Of a DNA stretch of 64,000 nucleotides, positions 27,509 through 38,484 are shown piece by piece (position 1 is the stretch's first letter; each line of letters starts with the position of its first letter). The notes under the pieces were generated by a model. That model was given only the letters and a program-made list of their open reading frames with translations. It was not told where the DNA came from and searched no databases. This DNA comes from an uncultured Saprospiraceae bacterium (lineage in GTDB: Bacteria > Bacteroidota > Bacteroidia > Chitinophagales > Saprospiraceae). Both the position numbers and the translations under genes were made by a program. Location: assembly GCA_964594045.1 (NCBI GenBank), contig CAZQKR010000004.1, forward strand, positions 69,203 through 133,202, given 5' to 3'.

Positions 27509-29773
27509 TTATTGTATGATCTTCAGTTTCGCGTATTTTAAAACAATCCTTTTCTCCGGACCCTCCAGGTGGTCAAAATCTATTTTAGCGATCCGGTTAT
27601 CCTTATAGCCTTCTATCCCGGTGATCGTTCCCGGGCCGAACTTCAGATGGAAAACACGCATGTTTTCATTAATTTTATCCGGGTGGTCAGGAACGAAATC
27701 ACGGGTTTCAGCACTGAAATCCACAACAGGTTTTTGCTCAATGGGTTTGATCCCGCCCAGGATTTTTGGTTTATCCAGGATCAGTTTCTGTTTGACAGGT
27801 GAATTATCCTCCAGGTGTTCCAAAGGAATCTCATCAATGAACCTGCTGGGGTCATTCATCCTCATTTCACCGTATTGATACCGGGAATTTGCAAAGCTCA
27901 GCGTCAGATACCTTTTAGCCCGGGTGATCGCCACGTAAAAAAGCCTTCTTTCTTCATCGATCTGCTCAGGTACGCTCATCGACATGTAGGAAGGGAATAG
28001 GTTTTCTTCCAGACCGACCACAAAAATACATTCAAATTCCAGCCCTTTGGCTGAATGAACACTCATCAGCGTCACAAAATCAGTCTCTTCTTCCTTCTGG
28101 TCAAAATCTGTCAGCAAGGCAATGTTCTGCAAATAGCCGGACAGATTGCGTTCAAACTGGCTTTCCTCTGAAAATTCATCGTTTTCAACAAATTCCTGAA
28201 CACCATCCAGCAAAGAATTGATATTCTCCATTCTGCCAAAGGCCTCCATGGTATTTTCCGCTTTGAACAGGTCCATGATGCCGGTTTTCTTAACGATATA
28301 ACTGGCTGTTTCATAAGCATTCGAATCCTGGTTGATTTGCCTGAAACTTTCTATCAGCCGGATGAAATCGGTCACAGCGTTTTTTGCCCTCGCGGGCAGA
28401 TCAATATTAAAACAGGCATGGTAGAGGCTGATGTTTTCCTGTTCAGCCTTCATGAAGATCGCGTTCAAGGCAGCTCCTCCCAGCCCTCTTTTAGGAAAAT
28501 TGATTACACGCTTGAAGGCTTCATCATCCTGGGGATTGATGGTCAGTCGCATATAGGCTACAACATCCTTGATTTCCTTTCTCTGGTAAAATGAAAGGCC
28601 TCCGTATATTTTATAGGGCAGATTCAATTTCCTCAAATGCTCTTCAAAGATCCTGGACTGAGCATTGGTCCTGTAAAGAATGGCGATATCACTGTTCCTG
28701 ACATGAAAGCGGTTTTTGTATTCCAGTATGAGATCAGCGATGCGTCGTCCTTCTTCTGTATCTGTGACCGTTTTGATCAGTTTGATCTTATGTCCGTCCA
28801 GCTCTTCTGTCCAGATCTTTTTCTGGATCTGCCGGTCGTTGAATGTGATCACTTTATTGGCTGCCCCGATGATGTGCCGGGTAGACCTGTAGTTTTGCTC
28901 CAACTTGAAAACCTTCAGTTGGGGAAAATCCTTTTCAAAATTCAGGATATTGTCTATCGTAGCACCCCTGAATGAATAAATGCTCTGAGCATCATCTCCC
29001 ACTATACAAATATTGGGATTTTCACGGTTGGGATCCAGCATCAGCTTGATGATCTCGTATTGAAGAAAATTGGTGTCCTGGAATTCATCCACGAGGATGT
29101 GCGAAAATGCCATGTGATATTTTTCCCTGACATTATCCGGATTCTGGTATAAAAGCCTGAACATCTGCAACAAAAGATCGTCAAAATCCATCGCTCCGGC
29201 CCTGAGACATCTTTCGGCATATTTTTCATATACCTGGAAGATCATTGGTACTCTGTTCATCCGGTCGTACATCATCAGATCTTCATTGTTGGCATATAAC
29301 TTAGGCGTGATCAAATTGCTTTTTGCCAGGGATATCCGGGATAAGACCAACCCGGGCTTGTACACCTTGGGATCCAGTTGCATGGTATTCAGGACATCCT
29401 TGATCAGGTTTTTCGAATCGTCGGTATCGTAAATGGTGAAATCGCCCGGATAACCAAGACGGTGTCCTTCAACCCTGAGGATCCGGGCAAAAATAGAGTG
29501 AAATGTGCCCATCCAGACCTTCCGCGCTCCCGGACCAACCACGTGTTCGATCCTTTCCTTCATTTCTCTCGCTGCTTTATTGGTGAAGGTCAGTGCCAGG
29601 ATCCGCCAGGGCTCAATTCCCTGCTCTATAAGGTAGGCGATCCTGTAGGTCAAAACCCTGGTTTTACCTGAACCCGGTCCGGCAATGACCATGACAGGAC
29701 CCTCGGTAGTCTGGACCGCCGAACGTTGTGCCTCATTTAAAGATGACAGATAATCGATCTTATGTTTTACCAT
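27509..29773 (-). CDS. ATP-dependent DNA helicase, UvrD/PcrA/Rep family
   Basis: Walker A AGPGSGKTRVLTYRIAYLI, motif II LVDEFQDTN, motif VI-like VAITRAKRYLTLS. Length 754 aa with a C-terminal Tudor-like tail. Confidence 0.9.
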   Translation of the reverse strand: MVKHKIDYLSSLNEAQRSAVQTTEGPVMVIAGPGSGKTRVLTYRIAYLIEQGIEPWRILALTFTNKAAREMKERIEHVVGPGARKVWMGTFHSIFARILRVEGHRLGYPGDFTIYDTDDSKNLIKDVLNTMQLDPKVYKPGLVLSRISLAKSNLITPKLYANNEDLMMYDRMNRVPMIFQVYEKYAERCLRAGAMDFDDLLLQMFRLLYQNPDNVREKYHMAFSHILVDEFQDTNFLQYEIIKLMLDPNRENPNICIVGDDAQSIYSFRGATIDNILNFEKDFPQLKVFKLEQNYRSTRHIIGAANKVITFNDRQIQKKIWTEELDGHKIKLIKTVTDTEEGRRIADLILEYKNRFHVRNSDIAILYRTNAQSRIFEEHLRKLNLPYKIYGGLSFYQRKEIKDVVAYMRLTINPQDDEAFKRVINFPKRGLGGAALNAIFMKAEQENISLYHACFNIDLPARAKNAVTDFIRLIESFRQINQDSNAYETASYIVKKTGIMDLFKAENTMEAFGRMENINSLLDGVQEFVENDEFSEESQFERNLSGYLQNIALLTDFDQKEEETDFVTLMSVHSAKGLEFECIFVVGLEENLFPSYMSMSVPEQIDEERRLFYVAITRAKRYLTLSFANSRYQYGEMRMNDPSRFIDEIPLEHLEDNSPVKQKLILDKPKILGGIKPIEQKPVVDFSAETRDFVPDHPDKINENMRVFHLKFGPGTITGIEGYKDNRIAKIDFDHLEGPEKRIVLKYAKLKIIQ

Positions 29774-30042
29774 TCTGTTAAATCAGGGCGAGCCTGCTGA
29801 TTGATTTTGAAAAAAACCGTAAAGTAATGATGAATTTTAATAATATAAAAATTCTATATATATCAATTCAATTCCGGAAATCCATCTATTTGAATATATG
29901 ATGAAAACCATCCATATTATTAGGGGTAACAGATCATAGTCAACACATTGGTTAACCCGGGAGAATTTGAAAAAGCAGATATAAGTTTTTGAGTTCGATG
30001 CATTGGAAAAATCCCGACCCGGCAGGATGATCCCGTTTTTGT

Positions 30043-31122
30043 TCAGTGTTTGAGCCCCGGATAGGCAAACTTTTCCAATTCGGAGAGTTTTTTGAACCTG
30101 ACATTGGGTTCGAGGTATTTCGCCATGAACTGATAGGTTTTAAATCTGATCTCCCTGGATAGCCTGGTGTCCATTCTGTCAAAAGTATGACCGCCCGGAA
30201 GATTTTCATATACTTCGTATTCAAATTTTTTACCCTCAGCTTTAAGTGCATTGATGAGGTTCATCACTTCAATGGCAAATACGTCATCGTCGTTCGTATT
30301 GGTATGGATCAATAAAGGCGTCTGCAGTTTTTTCACGTGAAAAACAGGCGACCTTTTTTTATAGGCTTCCGTATTTTCCAGGACCGTCTCACCGATATGA
30401 AATTCAGCTGAAAAATATTTTTCATAGGATGCTCCTCTGTAACCCATTCTCATCACCAGATCGGAAACCGGAACACCTGCAAAGCCGACCTGATATGCTC
30501 CGGGATATTCAAACAGGCACATCAGGGAGATCAGCCCGCCATGACTCCAGCCAAATATTCCGACCCTTTCCTTGTCCACAAATGGATAATTCTCTATCAT
30601 ATACTGACGGCTTGCATCTGCATCGCTTATTTCCAGTCCGCCATAATCGATGCGCTCGTAAAAACTTTGCCCATATCCTGTGCTTCCCCGGTAGTCAGGG
30701 GCAATGACAATGTATTCCTGAGCGATCAACTCCCTTACTATATGCGTGTAGTAGGTATCAAAATTTGCGTGAACCCCTCCGTGGGGGAAAACGATCAGCG
30801 GGTATTTTTTGGATGGGTCAAGTTTTTGAGGGATAAATACATAAGCCCAGAATTTGAGTGGATTGTTGGCACCGACCGCATTGGGCTTTTTGACTTTTGC
30901 CGGAGGATCTCCGTAAATCAATACTTTATCGACGATGGCCAGGTCTTCCATCCGGCGGAACCAGAGCAGATCATCTATCTTTTTTTCAAGTACATCAAAC
31001 CTGTGCTCATAGCTTTCAAGCTGTTCCTTCAGTTGCTGAATAGTTTTTTCATCCTCTGTCTGACCGTTAATAAAAAAAGGAAACCCTGTCAGTACACAAA
31101 TAAAAATAAGTAAACGCTTCAT
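30043..31122 (-). CDS. Secreted S9-family serine peptidase / alpha-beta hydrolase (prolyl-oligopeptidase catalytic domain only)
   Basis: Signal peptide. Nucleophile elbow GWSHGG. Downstream Asp/His-containing segments (TNTNDDDV..., PGGHTF). An N-terminal coiled-coil stretch is present. There is no beta-propeller domain. Confidence 0.7.
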   Translation of the reverse strand: MKRLLIFICVLTGFPFFINGQTEDEKTIQQLKEQLESYEHRFDVLEKKIDDLLWFRRMEDLAIVDKVLIYGDPPAKVKKPNAVGANNPLKFWAYVFIPQKLDPSKKYPLIVFPHGGVHANFDTYYTHIVRELIAQEYIVIAPDYRGSTGYGQSFYERIDYGGLEISDADASRQYMIENYPFVDKERVGIFGWSHGGLISLMCLFEYPGAYQVGFAGVPVSDLVMRMGYRGASYEKYFSAEFHIGETVLENTEAYKKRSPVFHVKKLQTPLLIHTNTNDDDVFAIEVMNLINALKAEGKKFEYEVYENLPGGHTFDRMDTRLSREIRFKTYQFMAKYLEPNVRFKKLSELEKFAYPGLKH

Positions 31123-31291
31123 TTTTAGACATTAATTTGGAGTAAATATAAGCTAAAAGGATGGAATCCGACCCGAATTATACAAAAATTTCCAGGAAAT
31201 CACAAGAACTTTCCTATTCTATGGATCAGAAAATAAAAAAGCAGGTAACTGATCTTGTTACCTGCTCATACGAAAAAAACTCTGCCACTAA

Positions 31292-32710
31292 TTATTGCTC
31301 CTTAACTTCGTGTTCCGTTCCTCCCGGGGTTTCTTTGCTGATCTCCTTTCCGAGGTATGATGGCAGTTCCATACCGGCCATATTGAACAGATCCTTCAGC
31401 GGAGGGACTGATTTATACATTCCGGAGACAAACTTGGATGTGCTTGTTCCGTTCTCTTCACTGATCCCATTTTCCCATACGGTCACTTTATCGATTTTAA
31501 TATTCTTGATCGCTTCCACCTGGGTTTTAACCAGTTCGGGCAGTTTGTCCGCAATAAGCATCAGGACGGCATCCCTTGAATTTCCACCTGTGGCTTTGAC
31601 GATCTGATCAAAACCCAAAGCCTGTTTTTCAAGAATTTCATATAAACCCTTGGCTTCGGCCATTCTCATGAGCAATAATGCATCTGCATCACCCTTAGCT
31701 TCTTTTCTGCGTTTTTCTGCTTCCGCTTCTGCATCAATTTCAATCCGCCGCTTGGCGATCTCAGCCTGAACAATAATATCCGCCTCCTGGGTAGCTTTTT
31801 CTTTTGCAGCTCTGGCCAGCTCAGCCATTTTCTCTGCTTCATAGGCTTCCTGTAGGGCATTTGCCGCCTGGATTTTTTCGGATGCCATCGCTTTTCTCAG
31901 GGCTTCGGCTTCCTGTTGCCGCCTGATCGCATTGGAATCAGCCATTTTGATCTTAGCCTGGTTCTCTCCATCTATCGCATTGGCCAAAGCATTGGATTCT
32001 CCCACTTTTGCCATCGCTTCGGCTTCTGCAACCTGGACACGTTCATCCTGGACAGCTTTTGCCTGACCAATGGATCCATCCCTGTTTTTCTCGGCAACAC
32101 TGATCTTGGCATCGTTGATGGCTTTTGCAGCAGCCTCTTTACCCAAAGCTTCAATATATCCGGACTCATCCTGAATATCAGTTACGTTTACGTTGATCAG
32201 GGTCAAACCGATTTTTTTCAATTCAGCTCCCACATTGCTGGAAACGTTGGACAAAAACTTATCCCGGTCGGCATTGATCTCTTCAATATCCATCATGGCC
32301 ACAACCAAACGCAACTGGCCGAAAATGATGTCTTTTGTGATCTCCCTGATGTCATTGGAAGTTTTCCCGAGTAACCTTTCAGCTGCATTATTCATCACAC
32401 CCGGCTCATTGGAAACCGCCACCGTGAAACGGGAAGGTACATTTACCCTGATGTTTTGCTTACTCAAAGCACCCTTCAGGTCAACGTCGATTGAAATAGG
32501 TGTCAGATCCAGATACTGATAATCCTGGATCACCGGCCAAACAAAAGCTGCGCCACCTGCAAGACATTTGGCTGAGCCACTGCCGGTTTTACCGTAAATG
32601 ACCAGAATTTTGTCAGACGGGCATCTTCTGTACCTGGAAACGAAGAAAAAAAGCAAGGCCACCAGCAATATGATCAACCCCACTACAGTAAATAAAAAAG
32701 TCTCAGTCAT
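31292..32710 (-). CDS. Flotillin-family SPFH/band-7 protein
   Basis: N-terminal TM helix. SPFH domain (RRCPSDKILVIYGKTG...FTVAVSNEPGVM). Long Ala/Glu-rich coiled coil (EAEAEKRRKEAKGDADALL). 472 aa. Confidence 0.85.
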   Translation of the reverse strand: MTETFLFTVVGLIILLVALLFFFVSRYRRCPSDKILVIYGKTGSGSAKCLAGGAAFVWPVIQDYQYLDLTPISIDVDLKGALSKQNIRVNVPSRFTVAVSNEPGVMNNAAERLLGKTSNDIREITKDIIFGQLRLVVAMMDIEEINADRDKFLSNVSSNVGAELKKIGLTLINVNVTDIQDESGYIEALGKEAAAKAINDAKISVAEKNRDGSIGQAKAVQDERVQVAEAEAMAKVGESNALANAIDGENQAKIKMADSNAIRRQQEAEALRKAMASEKIQAANALQEAYEAEKMAELARAAKEKATQEADIIVQAEIAKRRIEIDAEAEAEKRRKEAKGDADALLLMRMAEAKGLYEILEKQALGFDQIVKATGGNSRDAVLMLIADKLPELVKTQVEAIKNIKIDKVTVWENGISEENGTSTSKFVSGMYKSVPPLKDLFNMAGMELPSYLGKEISKETPGGTEHEVKEQ

Positions 32711-32738
32711 GATTAAAGGTTTTATTAATTTTTTAATG

Positions 32739-33437
32739 TTATTCGGTTTTGTCTTTTACTTCTCCCACCAGTAAAACATTGTCCTCAAATACTTTAAGAA
32801 TGTAAACGGTGGTTCCGGTAGCCAGCTTCTGACCATCTGTAATGGCATCCAACTCCATACTCCTGTGCTCAAATTCTACGGTAACCTTACCGGTTCCGGT
32901 CCTTTTTTCAGGGATTGGGATGTACACCTCCGCATATTTCCCCAGGGCTTCGTCAATATTGACCGTACCTTCTTCTGAAAGTTTGATCAATTGGTACAGG
33001 ATCACTGCAACAAAAACCATGGCGATCAAACCTGAAGCAACAGCCAGCAACAAAGCGATGAATGTTCCCAGACCATTGGACAAGGCAATTACGCCCACCC
33101 AGCCGAAAAAAGTAAAAAAAGCGATCACTGATCTCACTGAAAACAGGGTGAAAGACGGATCTACAGAGTAATCAGCGTGAACATCCGCATGAACATCAGT
33201 ATCCAGATGACCGCTGACATCGAGGTCGGAATCAACCCCCAGCCCGATGATGCTCAGGATAAACTGGATCAGGAACAATATGGAGAATATAATGGCTATC
33301 GCCCAAAATACCTGCTCCAGACCTTCCAGGTTGTGCCACCAATTATTTATTGTCAACATAAAATCTGCTTTATCAATTAACCGCAATGTACAATAAATAA
33401 TTCGCTTTTCACAAAATGAATCGACCAATGCCGCCAA
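32739..33437 (-). CDS. NfeD-family membrane protein (flotillin-associated)
   Basis: Several N-terminal TM helices plus a C-terminal soluble OB-fold-like tail (TGKVTVEFEHRSMELDAITDGQKLATGTTVYILKV). It lies directly upstream of, and co-oriented with, the flotillin gene. The start is uncertain: the track uses a TTG, and an internal ATG about 26 codons downstream is an alternative. Confidence 0.6.
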   Translation of the reverse strand: MAALVDSFCEKRIIYCTLRLIDKADFMLTINNWWHNLEGLEQVFWAIAIIFSILFLIQFILSIIGLGVDSDLDVSGHLDTDVHADVHADYSVDPSFTLFSVRSVIAFFTFFGWVGVIALSNGLGTFIALLLAVASGLIAMVFVAVILYQLIKLSEEGTVNIDEALGKYAEVYIPIPEKRTGTGKVTVEFEHRSMELDAITDGQKLATGTTVYILKVFEDNVLLVGEVKDKTE

Positions 33438-33530
33438 ATAATCGGTAAAAAAGATGCGCCCTGTTTAATCATCCAAAGCGCATCTACCTCTCCACAGTTT
33501 TCAAATACTCACTTAAATTGTAAAATATCT

Positions 33531-35600
33531 CTATCTCAATACGGTGATATCACCTGAATAGGGCAATACTTCTCCATCAATGAAGCGCACTTTCGCCGCC
33601 CAAACGTACACGCCGGGATTTACCCAGAATTCCTTGAACTTTCCATCCCAGCCGGAACGGTTGTCATTGAATGACAGGTCAATACCTTCCCACATCAGTT
33701 CGCCCCATCGATCAAAAATTTTCAATTCCTCGATCTCTTCCGCGGCAGGTCCGCCCTTAAGTGAAAATCTGTCATTGATGCCATCATTATTTGGTGTGAA
33801 TGCATTGGGTGCATATACCGGACGTTCTTTTTTCACCCTGATATAAACTGAATCAGTATGCGTGCAACCTATGTTTTCCGTGATGGTAAAAAAGTAATAA
33901 CCATCTTTTAAAGGTTGAACGACAACCTGCTGAGATGTGTTGTCGGTTATGAATTTCCCGTTTTCACTGGTCCATAAAAACTGCACAGGATTATTTGCAG
34001 AATATGAGCCTGAAAGCTGGATCGTATAACCCAGCGTGATGATCGTATCAGGCGGAGCATAGGCAAAAATGGGCGGAGGCTGGTCTATGGTGACGAAATC
34101 CTTATTGGAGCACCCTTTGATGTCCTGTATGTATACGGTGTAATCTCCCGGCCAAAGACCTGAAAAATAGGGTACAGGCCTGAAGTCGATGCTGTCCAGA
34201 CTATAGGCATAGGCAGGAGCACCGCTGAATCCGTTTGCTGTAATGGTTCCGTCAGGTATTCCAAAACAATTCAGATCAGTTCCAAAAGCTTCCACCCATA
34301 ATGTTGAGGTATCCTGACAACAGGGATTGATGTAGATGTCTTTGATCTCAGTGACCAGGCATCCCCTTGAACTTTCAACGGTCAGTGCAACGGTTTTCCA
34401 GCCAAATGATTCATAGATGACAGGTATAGGTATAATGGAATTGGAGGATAACGGCGTTGCACCTACCCCAAAATTCCACAGATATTTGACGATAGGATCT
34501 GTACCCGAACTGGAATTATCTGTAAAAACGATGGTCTTGTCACATTCAAAAGCCTCCACTGCTTCTGCAATAAAGTCTGTTTCGGGTCCTTCAAAGGTTG
34601 CTGTTCCCCCAAATTCAATCTCAAATCCTGCACCTGACCGGCTGAAATTATTGACGATCAGCGCATAGGATTCTCCGGCTTTCATATTGAGCACTGCAAC
34701 AAAATTATTGTTGCCACCACCGCAACCCGGATTTTCAACCACATCTGTTGCGCTGAGACTCAGTCCCGTCGGACCGGTACATGGTGCATTGTATTGGGGC
34801 GACTGCCCGATGGTCTCTCCTGCTGCCATACACCTTACCCATTCCTTATTGGCGCAATCATTGAGTCCGCCGGGTAATCTGAAAACTGCGAAATCCAGGT
34901 CATCATTCTGGTTGGTAGGCGACAGTGTAAATGTGAGCGTTCCGGGATCCTTGCATGTCCATTTGTACCAAACTGAGGCGAATTCTTCCTGGATACAGGT
35001 GCCATCCACCTCATTTTTCAGATCGCCTACCGAAGTCAGATTTTGTACAACAAAAGGACTTTTGTCGCAAAGGACCACGCCTTTGGGACAATCAGATTCA
35101 GGGACTTTAGTCGGATTGAACGTGTTGATACACAGTCGGAAAGTGCCGGTATTGCCTGCGCGTCCATCTACCCTGATGTAATACAGTTTTCCGATGATGA
35201 GATCTGTAAGGGTGATTTCTATCAGATTGTAATTGAACAGGTCAGATCCACAGGCGATATGATCGTCTATCCCGATCTGGCTGCAAGGTTTGTCGTAAAC
35301 TGCGATCTGGGGTTGCCTGAGTGTGCCGACGCCTGAATTGTTTTGACCGGTCAGCTGGATGAAAACACCCGGTTTTGTCGGTGCAAAGGCAAACCATACA
35401 TCATGTGTCATATCCGCCCAGCAAAATGGCTGATCCTGAGGTGAAACAGGGCTTCCTGCATTGCTGAACAAGCCGACCGGAGAACAATAATCATCCACAT
35501 TGTCAATATAATATGCAGTTTCACAATGATGGTTCTGTGCATCGCTCACCGACGCAATGAAAGCCAGGAACAATGTAAAAGCAATATACTGTAATCTCAT
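33531..35600 (-). CDS. T9SS cargo protein with type-B (gliding-motility-associated, CHU_C-like) C-terminal sorting domain and Ig/PKD-like repeats
   Basis: Signal peptide. Cys-rich beta-sandwich repeats. C-terminal YAPNAFTPNNDGINDRF...KIFDRWGELMWEG...GVYVWAAKVRF, the hallmark of type-B CTD. Confidence 0.75.
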   Translation of the reverse strand: MRLQYIAFTLFLAFIASVSDAQNHHCETAYYIDNVDDYCSPVGLFSNAGSPVSPQDQPFCWADMTHDVWFAFAPTKPGVFIQLTGQNNSGVGTLRQPQIAVYDKPCSQIGIDDHIACGSDLFNYNLIEITLTDLIIGKLYYIRVDGRAGNTGTFRLCINTFNPTKVPESDCPKGVVLCDKSPFVVQNLTSVGDLKNEVDGTCIQEEFASVWYKWTCKDPGTLTFTLSPTNQNDDLDFAVFRLPGGLNDCANKEWVRCMAAGETIGQSPQYNAPCTGPTGLSLSATDVVENPGCGGGNNNFVAVLNMKAGESYALIVNNFSRSGAGFEIEFGGTATFEGPETDFIAEAVEAFECDKTIVFTDNSSSGTDPIVKYLWNFGVGATPLSSNSIIPIPVIYESFGWKTVALTVESSRGCLVTEIKDIYINPCCQDTSTLWVEAFGTDLNCFGIPDGTITANGFSGAPAYAYSLDSIDFRPVPYFSGLWPGDYTVYIQDIKGCSNKDFVTIDQPPPIFAYAPPDTIITLGYTIQLSGSYSANNPVQFLWTSENGKFITDNTSQQVVVQPLKDGYYFFTITENIGCTHTDSVYIRVKKERPVYAPNAFTPNNDGINDRFSLKGGPAAEEIEELKIFDRWGELMWEGIDLSFNDNRSGWDGKFKEFWVNPGVYVWAAKVRFIDGEVLPYSGDITVLR

Positions 35601-35744
35601 TTTTTTTAATTTAATAGACGTTCACCGAAAATTAACGGTTGGGAACTCAGGTTTGTTATTATAATTTTTATCTTTAAGCCAAAGTAATATAAAAAAGGGA
35701 AATTTGCAAAAACTGTTCCTTGTTTATCATTAAATTAACACGCT

Positions 35745-36419
35745 ATGTTGTTTTTGGTTCCAACCCCTGTAGGGAATCTGCAGGATATTACCTTAAGGGC
35801 AATCCAGACCCTGAAAGAAGTTGACCTGATCCTGGCAGAAGATACCAGGGTCAGTGGTCATCTTTTTCGGCATTTTGGAATTGAAACGCCTTATCATTCA
35901 TTTCATGCTCATAATGAACACCAGAAACTTGATAAAGTCATTGCGTCACTTTTGGAAGGAAAACAAATCGCCATGGTGACCGATGCCGGAAGTCCGGGTA
36001 TTTCCGACCCCGGGTTTTTAATAGTCCGGGAGTGTATACGGCATGGGATCCGGGTTGTCCCTTTGCCGGGTCCGACTGCTCTGATACCCGCCATCGCTGC
36101 TTCAGGTCTTCCTTCCGATAAATTTCATTTCGAAGGGTTTTTACCGGTCAAAAAAGGAAGAAATACAAGACTGGCCTTTCTGAAAACATATCCTCACACG
36201 ATCGTATTGTATGAATCACCTTACAAATTATTTCGTACCTTGGTTGATCTGTCCGATCACCTGGGCGGGCAAAGACAGGTCTGCATCGCCAAAGAGATCA
36301 GCAAAATTTATGAATCATTTGTGACAGACACTCTGGAGGCTCATATCCTTCGGCTCACCGGAGAAAAGGAAGCTGTCAGGGGCGAATATGTGCTGGTGGT
36401 ACAGGGTTACGAGGAATAA
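35745..36419 (+). CDS. rsmI: 16S rRNA (cytidine1402-2'-O)-methyltransferase
   Basis: Tetrapyrrole-methylase fold: LFLVPTPVGNLQDITLRAIQTLKEVDLILAEDTR, DAGSPGISDPG, VVPLPGPTA. Confidence 0.85.
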   Translation: MLFLVPTPVGNLQDITLRAIQTLKEVDLILAEDTRVSGHLFRHFGIETPYHSFHAHNEHQKLDKVIASLLEGKQIAMVTDAGSPGISDPGFLIVRECIRHGIRVVPLPGPTALIPAIAASGLPSDKFHFEGFLPVKKGRNTRLAFLKTYPHTIVLYESPYKLFRTLVDLSDHLGGQRQVCIAKEISKIYESFVTDTLEAHILRLTGEKEAVRGEYVLVVQGYEE

Positions 36420-36911
36420 ACCCTGCTTTCAGCAAGTGAACTGAAAAGTGATTGTATCCGGTATTCAGGAAAGTGGACAATGATTCATTCAAAAATTAAC
36501 AGACAACCACCACCCATTTTGATTTCATATCAAAAATGAACCAAAAATAATTGCAAAACACTTTTGTCTGTTGTCGATTTAAATCAATTTTCTATCAGCT
36601 TACCGATGAAGTCCTTATTTGACTGCCGGACTTAACAAATTGTTATTTTAAAAACAGGAAGTTCTTTTTTTGGCCACTTGTACAGATTATTGCAGTGATA
36701 CATACAAATAATTTCATGCCAGAGATTATTAAAGGATTTATTTGTTTAATTTCGTATTGGAAAGGCATTTGTTTTTAAGTTAATTAAATCTTAATATTGT
36801 AACAAATTAAATCTTGCTGCAGTCATGTTTTCAATTGAAGTTTTCTGAAAATTGTTTGGATAACTTCAACAGCCAACTTAAATCTTTTTAAACCAAAAAA
36901 AACTTGTTGAT

Positions 36912-38081
36912 ATGAAGAAATATTTGTTTCTGTTCCTGACAGCATTTTTGTTAAATGCATGTACTTCAACCCAAAAACTTGTGGAGAAAGGACAATACGA
37001 TGATGCCATCAATTCATCCGTCCGGAGTCTTCAGGGCAAAAAAAATAAAAAGACTGAAGATATCAAATCCCTGGAAACTGCTTTTGCCAAAGCCAATGAC
37101 AAGGATCTTAACCAGATCAAATTTCTCAAGGAAGCGAATAAGCCGGACAACTGGAATAAGATCTACAGTCAATTGCTGCTGATCAGAAAGAGACAGGAAT
37201 TGGTTGAGCCTTTGCTGCCTTTGATGAGTGAAGACGGATATCAGGCTAATTTTCAATTCATCAGGGTTGAACCGCTGATCCAGGAGGCTGAACAAAATGC
37301 TGCCGCGTACCATTATGAAGAAGCGCGCAGATTAATGGAAAGAGCTGAAAACGGGGATAAACTGGCAGCTAAAAGGGCGCATGAAGAATTGATCAGTATC
37401 GAAAGATACTTTCTACACTTCAAAGACAAGGATGTCCTGAAAGACAGGGCTTTGATGCTGGGTATGAACAATGTTTTGCTGGAAGTCCAGAATAAAGCCA
37501 ATGTGGTCATCCCTGAAGAATTTGAGAAAGAACTGAAAAGAGTGGATATCAGGTCCCTGGAGAATGAATGGACCCGTTATTATACTGAACCAAACGAAAA
37601 AATCAAGTTTGACTTTGTGGCAGCAATTGTGATCGACAGATTATTCATATCACCTGAACAGGAAAAAGAGGTGATGTACATCGACGAGGCTGAGATCAAA
37701 GATGGATTCAATTATGTTTTGGACAACAAAGGTAATGTAATGAAAGACAGCCTTGGAAATGACATCAAAACTGATAAGTTTATCACTGTCAGGGCAGATG
37801 TGCATGAACTTTTCAGGTTCAAGAAAGCAGAATTGGCCGGAAGAGTGGAATACATGGAGACCCGTACCGGAAAAATAACCAGGTCAAAACCGGTTTTTGT
37901 CGAAACTGTCTTTGAAAGCTTTGCTTCCAGGTTTTCCGGTGATAAAAGAGCGCTTTCCGAAAAGACAAAAAAGAATCTGAGAACCACACCGATGCCTTTT
38001 CCAACGGATTTCGATCTGTCCATGCAGGCAGCGGAAAAACTCAAAGGTTTACTTATCAATGAGTTGAGATACGAATTCTGA
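36912..38081 (+). CDS. Hypothetical lipoprotein (389 aa)
   Basis: Lipoprotein signal (LTAFLLNACTST). Highly charged, helical. No recognisable catalytic motif. Confidence 0.55.
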   Translation: MKKYLFLFLTAFLLNACTSTQKLVEKGQYDDAINSSVRSLQGKKNKKTEDIKSLETAFAKANDKDLNQIKFLKEANKPDNWNKIYSQLLLIRKRQELVEPLLPLMSEDGYQANFQFIRVEPLIQEAEQNAAAYHYEEARRLMERAENGDKLAAKRAHEELISIERYFLHFKDKDVLKDRALMLGMNNVLLEVQNKANVVIPEEFEKELKRVDIRSLENEWTRYYTEPNEKIKFDFVAAIVIDRLFISPEQEKEVMYIDEAEIKDGFNYVLDNKGNVMKDSLGNDIKTDKFITVRADVHELFRFKKAELAGRVEYMETRTGKITRSKPVFVETVFESFASRFSGDKRALSEKTKKNLRTTPMPFPTDFDLSMQAAEKLKGLLINELRYEF

Positions 38082-38106
38082 TCAATTATTGATTTACATC
38101 ATAAAA

Positions 38107-38146
38107 AACCCGGTGGATCGTCAGCATCTGCCGGTTTTTTTTTTGC
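38107..38146 (+). terminator. Probable Rho-independent terminator
   Basis: aaaACCCGGtggatcgtcagcatctgCCGGTTTTTTTTTT. A short GC stem followed by 10 T, about 25 nt after the stop codon. Confidence 0.4.
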
Positions 38147-38439
38147 CTTTTTGAAATCCCATTTACCTCTATTGGTTATGGACAAAACTTGTTCTTTATT
38201 TTAAGGTGACCTGAGCAGTTTCCCTGATTTCCCGCTGATTTCTGCGATAATTTGATATTTCGTTGACAGGCTTTTACGGTACTATGGTAAACCCGTAAAA
38301 ACCGGATGTTGAATTCTGGTATTTAAATATTAGAATAATTATTAATACATTGATAATCATAGTATTAATATAATTTATATGAAAAATAAAGTTACAATAA
38401 TTACCATTGATCACAGCACTCAAAAAATTAAATATAGCA

Positions 38440-38447
38440 TAATTTTG
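38440..38447 (+). promoter_or_regulatory. Bacteroidota-type -7 promoter element (TAnnTTTG) upstream of the adhesin gene
   Basis: Exact TAATTTTG, 38 nt upstream of the ATG at 38485, inside a very AT-rich 340-bp leader. A -33 TTG at the proper spacing was not found. Confidence 0.25.
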
Positions 38448-38484
38448 TTTACTTGTTTAAGCTTGAACTTCAAAATAATCCTTT

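Noticed and set aside
29952-30251. 99-aa ORF overlapping the 3' end of the S9 peptidase gene, and a weak hairpin at about 30000-30030 considered as its terminator
   Set aside because: The ORF is out of frame with the peptidase gene and has no support. The hairpin stem is only 4 bp, with no convincing T-run on the minus strand.
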